The notes beneath the pieces were generated by a model. It saw only the letters and a program-made list of their open reading frames with translations. It was not told the DNA's origin and searched no databases. This document shows, one piece after another, positions 1-4,414 of a DNA stretch of 11,779 bases (positions within the stretch are counted from its first letter, which is position 1; every line of letters begins with the position of its first letter). The translations under genes and the position numbers were made by a program. The stretch is from Nitrososphaerota archaeon (GTDB lineage Archaea; Thermoproteota; Nitrososphaeria; Nitrososphaerales; Nitrosopumilaceae). Location: positions 1 through 11,779 of the forward strand of contig JACZTB010000044.1 of the NCBI GenBank assembly GCA_022573895.1, given 5' to 3'.

Positions 1-99
1 GCTATGGAGATGATAGTATCTCAAATTAGAAAGATCAAGGTGATCAGTAGTCATACTCTTCCTGTAGTATATGGGCAAGGCGGAACAATTGACAAATAA
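1..99 (+). CDS. 3' end of a gene truncated by the window edge (...AMEMIVSQIRKIKVISSHTLPVVYGQGGTIDK*); product unknown
   Basis: Frame 1 is open from base 1 to TAA at 97-99 (own translation). No family recognised. Confidence 0.35.
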   Translation, partial: AMEMIVSQIRKIKVISSHTLPVVYGQGGTIDK

Positions 100-178
100 T
101 AAAATCTAACCAAAATAACAAACAGATGTTAGTTTTCTGTTAGATCTATTTTATTACTAAATTTAGCTTGATGTAAAT

Positions 179-283
179 GAAGACTGAAGCAGTGCATCTT
201 CATTAGAATACTCTACTGTCTTAACTACGTGATAACTGTTCTCAGATGTCAAGTAAAAGACAGTACCAAAAACTTCAGTCTTC
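179..283. repeat. Nested inverted repeats (outer 11 bp, 179-189/273-283; inner 8 bp, 214-221/258-265)
   Basis: GAAGACTGAAG pairs with CTTCAGTCTTC, and TACTGTCT pairs with AGACAGTA; read directly from the sequence. CTAAATTT direct repeats occur at 157-164 and 283-290. Confidence 0.6.
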
Positions 284-327
284 TAAATTTCTTCTTTGTT
301 CTATTTTTAATGACTCTTATGATTCAT

Positions 328-349
328 TTACATTTGTGATAAAATGTTA
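328..349. promoter_or_regulatory. Operator-like inverted repeat TTACATTT-N6-AAATGTTA (site a)
   Basis: ACATTT/AAATGT form a perfect 6-bp inverted repeat with a 6-nt spacer (GTGATA). The 8-nt half-sites are identical to those at 1655-1676. Confidence 0.4.
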
Positions 350-705
350 CCAAAAACTTGTAAAATCAAAGAGCCAAACATAAAAGTTGGATAGCAACTA
401 GCCAAACCCAAACTCTGATCCTGAAATCATCGTCCACTGACAGCCAAATGCGCTTACAGATTTACCAGTATTAGCGCAACAATCTGTGATCTGGTTTAAC
501 ACATCGGTGTTTTCTTCAGTTTATTGCTACCCAAGTATTATACACAATAATACAATAAAAATATGATCGAGTTTTCTAAGAAATTTAAGGAAGCGATCAA
601 TTTCTATCTGAATGCCAAAATTGTCCCATAAACGGTTTTGGTTAAGTCGACTTACTGACATTAATGACCATAAGAGTAATAGCTCAATGCCTTTGACTCC
701 ACAGC

Positions 706-732
706 AATTCCCAGAGAGATTTGAGTTAAATG
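706..732. repeat. Copy 1 of a duplicated segment (exact 19-mer GAGAGATTTGAGTTAAATG at 714-732)
   Basis: Direct comparison with 1171-1197: the 19 nt are identical, and 5 of the 8 positions just upstream also match. Confidence 0.9.
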
Positions 733-838
733 ATACTAGTCAAAATTTCTTAATTGTTGTAAAGATAATCAAAAAAAATTGAACAGATTTTTTGTTTTGA
801 TAGCATATCTTTATTGTTAATCTTGCATTAACCATACC

Positions 839-1018
839 ATGGCAGAAGCTGGAATAGCAGCGTATGGTGCTGCAATCGGGGTGGGACTCTATCTGGCAGT
901 ATTGGCGTTCATCTTGAGGCAGAGACGACCACATGGACCTGAAATGGAGGCTGAGTTTAAAGGACAAACTGCAACTCCAGAACCAGCTAAAGAAGAACCA
1001 AAGACGGATGAAAAATAA
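839..1018 (+). CDS. Small (59 aa) single-pass membrane protein, unknown function
   Basis: Own translation, below the ORF-track size cut-off: MAEAGIAAYGAAIGVGLYLAVLAFILRQRRPHGPEMEAEFKGQTATPEPAKEEPKTDEK. It has one clear hydrophobic helix, then RQRR, then a Pro/Glu/Lys-rich tail. Codons are mostly A/T-ending, like the confirmed genes here. TTTATT at 810-815 is centred about 26 nt upstream of the ATG. The competing antisense ORF 740..967 uses many C-ending codons, which is atypical for this window. Confidence 0.5.
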   Translation: MAEAGIAAYGAAIGVGLYLAVLAFILRQRRPHGPEMEAEFKGQTATPEPAKEEPKTDEK

Positions 1019-1164
1019 AAGAAATCTGTTCCATTATCATTTAGTAATTTAACAAAAGAGCAAATGTGATAACAAACAAGTTTGCTTTAAAAATACAGGT
1101 AATTACAAAATAGCTGATTAGTTCATAATCACCGTTATTTTTCACAGTTCGACTTGATTAAATC

Positions 1165-1320
1165 CTAAGTATTTTCCTGAGAGATTTGAGTTAAATGGCA
1201 TTTACATGCATAGACTAGCATAGCACAATTTTTACACCATAACTCATCATGAGAATTAATTCTGGCTTCACCATTGCATTTTTCACATTTCATACCTTCT
1301 AATAATTCCAGGTTTTGCAT
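1165..1320 (-). CDS. Small (51 aa) zinc-ribbon protein, unknown function
   Basis: Own translation of the minus strand: MQNLELLEGMKCEKCNGEARINSHDELWCKNCAMLVYACKCHLTQISQENT*. The pattern is CxxC-x13-CxxC plus a C-terminal CxC. ATG at 1320, TAG at 1165-1167. The last 11 codons lie in the 19-27 nt repeat also found at 706-732. Confidence 0.55.
   Translation of the reverse strand: MQNLELLEGMKCEKCNGEARINSHDELWCKNCAMLVYACKCHLTQISQENT
1171..1197. repeat. Copy 2 of the duplicated segment (exact 19-mer at 1179-1197); encodes the C-terminus (HLTQISQ) of the 51-aa zinc-ribbon ORF on the minus strand
   Basis: Direct comparison with 706-732. Confidence 0.9.
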
Positions 1321-1510
1321 TATCTGTTTTAACACCAAACTTTACAGTTTTTGTTATTTTGATGAATTATTTTTATGAAACAAATAATTAAAAAAATCAT
1401 AATTCAATTATAATTCCTGTTATTGCAAGTATATTGATTATATGCATAATCACGTATGACTGCAGTTTGTATATTCAAAAAATTACACACTAGTTTACTT
1501 ATTCTTCGAA

Positions 1511-1612
1511 TTATTCTGGATCGTCTTGTTCTCTATCCCGCCCACACTGAGGACATGTTCTTTCATTTTCCCATAATTCTTTTCCACAGTTTCTACACGA
1601 TTGAGGTTTCAT
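1511..1612 (-). CDS. Mini (33 aa) zinc-ribbon protein, unknown function
   Basis: Own translation: MKPQSCRNCGKELWENERTCPQCGRDREQDDPE* (CxxC-x10-CxxC, acidic tail). TTAAAT (reverse complement of 1635-1640) is centred about 26 nt upstream of the ATG at 1612. A T6 run on the minus strand (A6 at 1477-1482) lies about 30 nt past the stop. Confidence 0.55.
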   Translation of the reverse strand: MKPQSCRNCGKELWENERTCPQCGRDREQDDPE

Positions 1613-1654
1613 GAAATAATTACGACAAAATTAGATTTAAGATCTTTCATCGGT

Positions 1655-1676
1655 TTACATTTATCGTGAAATGTTA
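1655..1676. promoter_or_regulatory. Operator-like inverted repeat TTACATTT-N6-AAATGTTA (site b)
   Basis: The half-sites are the same as at site a, with spacer ATCGTG. It sits about 15 nt upstream of the putative TATA (1635-1640) of the 33-aa zinc-ribbon gene. Confidence 0.4.
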
Positions 1677-1732
1677 ACGATAGTTTTGATCTCTCAATGA
1701 TTATAACGTGGATTAGGGTAACTTTTTACGAG

Positions 1733-1755
1733 TAGAACGGGGGCGTTCTATTTTT
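1733..1755 (+). terminator. Hairpin (TAGAACG-GGGG-CGTTCTA) followed by T5
   Basis: A 7-bp perfect stem at 1733-1739/1744-1750 with T5 at 1751-1755. It is plus-strand oriented, and no protein-coding gene ends nearby on that strand. Confidence 0.4.
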
Positions 1756-1823
1756 AATCTTTGTCGATAAACTCATTTACATGTTATGAAATTTAGATTC
1801 TAAACTCTATTTGACAATGTCAT

Positions 1824-1851
1824 AGGGAGGGATTGGTCTCCCTTCTTTTTT
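1824..1851 (+). terminator. Hairpin (AGGGAG-N8-CTCCCT) followed by TC-T6
   Basis: A 6-bp G/C-rich stem at 1824-1829/1838-1843 with T6 at 1846-1851; plus-strand oriented. Confidence 0.4.
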
Positions 1852-1970
1852 AGTTAAATGTAGTTTTAACCACCAATCACCAATACTGAAATATCTTTCT
1901 GAGAGAAATATTGGCATAGATTCGAAATATTTACACTCTATCCATCAAAGTAAATGATTTGAGGAGGATA

Positions 1971-2231
1971 TTACGAAGAGTTTTTTTCTCCTGAGAGAAT
2001 TAATTCAAGTTTTTTGGTAAGGAAGCTTTGGAATGTAATTTCTATTGGGGTTAATGAATGCGCAATTATTTTCTGGCTTTGTATAATTTCATTTTCTAAT
2101 CTTTCCCGAATTACCTGATCATCTAAGATTTGATGTCTTAATGAAATTGCCTGTTTCCTGTTACCAGTGTATATTTGAATCCAGCAATAGCCAGTTTGGC
2201 TGTCATCAATTTCGATTTCAGTTATTTTCAT
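1971..2231 (-). CDS. Hypothetical protein (86 aa)
   Basis: ORF track; ATG start; A/T-ending codon bias like its neighbours. It lies 33 nt downstream of the cupin gene on the same strand, so the two may form an operon. No family recognised. Confidence 0.55.
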   Translation of the reverse strand: MKITEIEIDDSQTGYCWIQIYTGNRKQAISLRHQILDDQVIRERLENEIIQSQKIIAHSLTPIEITFQSFLTKKLELILSGEKNSS

Positions 2232-2264
2232 ATTAGAATTATTTAGTATGTGCTTTTTAGGGTT

Positions 2265-2669
2265 TCAATTATTTTTGGGAAGAAAATCATGAGTATTTGT
2301 TAAAATCATACATACAAAAATTCCCTTACCTGAAATTGCTTGGGCACTATGTTTTATTCCCTTTGGAATAAATATTGTTGAAGGTGACGTCACTTCATAA
2401 GACTCATCTTCTAATTGAATCTCATATGTCAAGCTAGAATCTTCAGATAGTATCAAATTAATTTCGTCATGGTTGTGTTTATGTAATTTACTATATTTTG
2501 GAAGATCTTTGGAGGCGTCAACGAAATGAACTGCAATATGGGTTTTTGATTTAGGAATCAAAGATTTACTCAACATGGATAATCGTTTGATTGGAGCCTT
2601 ACTATGAAAAGGAACCTTATCCAGTGATTCAATCACACCTTTTGTGATAAATTTTCTATATTTGTTCAC
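2265..2669 (-). CDS. Cupin-fold protein (134 aa), substrate unknown
   Basis: GTG start at 2669. A two-motif cupin signature is readable in the translation: HKHNHDE (HxH...E) and, about 30 aa later, PKGIKH (PxGxxH). ATATAA (reverse complement of 2693-2698) is centred 26 nt upstream of the start. Confidence 0.7.
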   Translation of the reverse strand: MNKYRKFITKGVIESLDKVPFHSKAPIKRLSMLSKSLIPKSKTHIAVHFVDASKDLPKYSKLHKHNHDEINLILSEDSSLTYEIQLEDESYEVTSPSTIFIPKGIKHSAQAISGKGIFVCMILTNTHDFLPKNN

Positions 2670-2747
2670 GAATCAATTAGTTATTCTATCAATTATATCA
2701 GTTGTCAATCACGTGATCATATAAGCAACAAAGTCCAAATAATATTA
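2670..2747. promoter_or_regulatory. Divergent promoter region between the cupin and membrane-protein genes
   Basis: Two TATA-like hexamers (2693-2698 for the minus gene, 2719-2724 for the plus gene) each sit 26 nt from their start codon. Three TCAAT(T/C)A repeats are spaced exactly 16 nt apart (2673, 2689, 2705). There is a perfect 10-bp palindrome ATCACGTGAT at 2708-2717. Confidence 0.45.
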
Positions 2748-3443
2748 TTGCAAGTTGATAGAACCTCGGAATGGTTTGTTCCAAAATTTGGCTCTAAAAA
2801 ATTTCGAATTAGTATAGGAATTTTATTTTTACCATACACAAGTATTGTTACTTGCTTTGCTGCCTTAGGAGCAATTTCAGGACCATTGCAATTAGAGCGA
2901 ATAATAGCAATTTGTGTGATTTACGTTTTGGCACTTGGGGTTGGTGCACACCTACTTGATGCAGTAGGAGGTAAAACAAAACCTTGGGGTAATCTGCCAA
3001 AAAGAAAGATTGTAGTTATAGCATTAAGTGCAATAAGTATTGCATTTTCTGTAGGCATTTATTTTGCATTTTTAGATTCTCCTTGGCTTTTTTTAATAGG
3101 GGTTATTGAGGGCTTTTTTCTATTTGCGTATAGTCTAGAACTGTTTGGAGGTAAATTTCACAATAATATATCAACAATATTTTCGTGGGGGATTCTACCT
3201 GTTTTCGCAGGCTCTATTATACAAACAAATTCCATAACCTTTGAAGCCATAGTTATCGCTACAATTACGGGATTAGTGACTTATGCACTAATTACTACAT
3301 CTAGACAATACAAACTACTCAAAAGAGATAATGGAGATCCACATATCATTAAAAAGAAAGAGTGTATTTTGAAATTGATAACAATTGGAGTTATTGTAAC
3401 AACTATTATTTTTTTTATTATGAGATATTATAATGTGGTTTGA
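2748..3443 (+). CDS. Polytopic membrane protein (231 aa, about 7 hydrophobic helices by eye), unknown function
   Basis: ORF track. The start is TTG, and the first in-frame Met is residue 225. Hydrophobic segments are regularly spaced. ATATAA at 2719-2724 is centred 26 nt upstream. No diagnostic motif recognised (no UbiA-type NDxxD). Confidence 0.7.
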   Translation: MQVDRTSEWFVPKFGSKKFRISIGILFLPYTSIVTCFAALGAISGPLQLERIIAICVIYVLALGVGAHLLDAVGGKTKPWGNLPKRKIVVIALSAISIAFSVGIYFAFLDSPWLFLIGVIEGFFLFAYSLELFGGKFHNNISTIFSWGILPVFAGSIIQTNSITFEAIVIATITGLVTYALITTSRQYKLLKRDNGDPHIIKKKECILKLITIGVIVTTIIFFIMRYYNVV

Positions 3444-3530
3444 GTAATTCTAAAAATTTGTGAGCAAGTAGCACTCAATTTAGTTTCAAGTAAACAAAAA
3501 GAATATTAGTCAAAAATACTAACTACAAAT

Positions 3531-3656
3531 ATGGAAAGACGTTCAATTCCAGTTTGTTTTACTGAAAAACAATACAAAATGATCGAAGAATTTGCAAAGA
3601 GAAACGGTATGCTCAATGTAAGTCAAGCTCTTGAAAAAATATTAAATCACAAGTAA
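3531..3656 (+). CDS. Ribbon-helix-helix (CopG/Arc-like) small DNA-binding protein, 41 aa
   Basis: Own translation, not in the ORF track: MERRSIPVCFTEKQYKMIEEFAKRNGMLNVSQALEKILNHK*. The layout is a basic N-terminus plus a short beta strand (IPVCFT), then helix (EKQYKMIEEFAKRNG), then helix (NVSQALEKILN), which is typical of RHH. AATATTA at 3502-3508 is centred 26 nt upstream. A T-run follows directly after the TAA (3657-3660). Confidence 0.6.
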   Translation: MERRSIPVCFTEKQYKMIEEFAKRNGMLNVSQALEKILNHK

Positions 3657-3803
3657 TTTTTATAATTTTCCTAATCACTACAAATGTGAGTTATATTTCA
3701 GTAGTGAAATTTCATACGAGGTTAAAAGATCATCGTTTCAGATGCTGCCCTTCATTTTTACTACATTTAATAGATTAAATTATTTGAAATATTGTAAGAG
3801 ATT

Positions 3804-4214
3804 ATGGGACTATTTAGTAGAAAGCCATCATATTGTGCTGTTTGTAACAAAAAGTTAACTCACAAACACAAGCCAAAAAGAGAGTGGAATATAAAAGGTC
3901 GACTTTGTGGAGATTGTCATTTTGATAAATCAAAGGAATACTTTGAAGGAAAAATTATACAATCATGTGTTGATTGTGGAACAACTAAAAAAATCACAAA
4001 TTTATGGGAACCTAGATGGCAATGGGATATGGAAGGTTTGTTATGTAAAGAATGTTTTGACAAAAAAGAAGAAGATTTTGCTAAGAAAAAAAATTTTTGT
4101 GCAATGTGTGGAGGTAAGATGGGGTTGATCAGATACAATCCAAAAGAAAATTGGAAGATTAAAGGTCAGCTCTGTAGGAATTGTTGGGATGAGAAGAAAG
4201 TAGAGTTTGGATAA
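3804..4214 (+). CDS. Triple zinc-ribbon repeat protein (136 aa, 12 Cys in three CxxC-x20-22-CxxC modules)
   Basis: ORF track. Cys pairs are at residues 11/14-35/38, 55/58-81/84 and 99/102-124/127, a period of about 44 aa. The recurring motif is W-x-[IM]-[KE]-G-x-L-C-x-x-C-[HFW]-D-[KE]-K. TTAAATTA at 3775-3782 is centred 26 nt upstream of the ATG. Confidence 0.85.
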   Translation: MGLFSRKPSYCAVCNKKLTHKHKPKREWNIKGRLCGDCHFDKSKEYFEGKIIQSCVDCGTTKKITNLWEPRWQWDMEGLLCKECFDKKEEDFAKKKNFCAMCGGKMGLIRYNPKENWKIKGQLCRNCWDEKKVEFG

Positions 4215-4216
4215 AA

Positions 4217-4414
4217 GTGGGTTTTTTTAAAAAAATTAGATGTGATATTTGTGACAAAAAATTTTCAAAGGTTGAAGAGATGATGAATCACAAACAAATT
4301 ATTCATGGCAAAGATTTACAATATGATTGTAAAGAATGTAACAAATATTTCTCAAACATGGAAGATATGAGAACACATCTACAAAGAGAACATAGTTACA
4401 AAAAAGATAGATAG
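4217..4414 (+). CDS. Tandem classical C2H2 zinc-finger protein (65 aa)
   Basis: GTG start 2 nt after the upstream stop. It carries two fingers that match C-x2-C-x3-F-x5-[LM]-x2-H-x4-H exactly: CDICDKKFSKVEEMMNHKQIIH and CKECNKYFSNMEDMRTHLQREH. They are joined by a 7-residue linker (GKDLQYD). Confidence 0.8.
   Translation: MGFFKKIRCDICDKKFSKVEEMMNHKQIIHGKDLQYDCKECNKYFSNMEDMRTHLQREHSYKKDR

Noticed and set aside
246-383. 45-aa plus-strand ORF (MSSKRQYQKLQSSKF...KCYQKLVKSKSQT), which would explain the 12-nt repeat TACCAAAAACTT (264-275, 348-359) as a repeated YQKL
   Set aside because: It has no promoter-like element at the expected position, its composition is low-complexity, and it overlaps the inverted repeats. 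A 12-nt repeat is within chance expectation for this composition.
456-495. Interleaved complementary segments ACAGATT/AATCTGT (456-462/481-487) and ACCAG/CTGGT (464-468/491-495), suggesting a pseudoknot
   Set aside because: These are short stems in a region with no transcript evidence, and stems of this size are expected by chance.
527-661. 44-aa minus-strand ORF (MSVSRLNQNRLWDNFGIQIEIDRFLKFLRKLDHIFIVLLCIILG)
   Set aside because: It has no TATA-like element at +26, it is antisense to an equally plausible plus-strand micro-ORF, and there are no supporting motifs.
740-967. 75-aa minus-strand ORF from the ORF track
   Set aside because: It is antisense to a better small ORF (839-1018, +). It is rich in C-ending codons, unlike the confirmed genes. 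It has no TATA-like element at the usual spacing, and its 3' part runs through the decayed repeat region. The scattered Cys/His residues do not form a regular ribbon pattern.
1100-1200. Possible C/D-box sRNA (TGATTA at 1115-1120 and 1155-1160, CTGA at 1177-1180); also checked around 640-720
   Set aside because: The boxes deviate from RUGAUGA. No D' box is present, and the spacer lengths (about 16 nt and more than 30 nt) do not fit the archaeal ~12-nt guide architecture. The CTGA is part of the coding repeat.
1807-1917. 36-aa minus-strand ORF (MPIFLSERYFSIGDWWLKLHLTKKEGRPIPPYDIVK)
   Set aside because: It has no TATA-like box at the usual spacing; the nearest (TAAATATTT, reverse complement of 1925-1933) would start transcription inside the ORF. 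It carries no recognisable motif, and it spans the 1824-1843 hairpin. It is kept only as an alternative explanation in the findings.
1961-1967. Strong Shine-Dalgarno-like GAGGAGG on the plus strand
   Set aside because: No ATG, GTG or TTG lies 4-12 nt downstream in any open frame. It sits immediately 3' of the stop of the minus-strand gene 1971..2231.
3907-4138. Two 73-aa ORFs (3907..4128 + and 3917..4138 -) inside the triple zinc-ribbon gene
   Set aside because: They are alternative-frame and antisense read-throughs of a gene with a strong repeat/Cys signature. Their translations are low-complexity.
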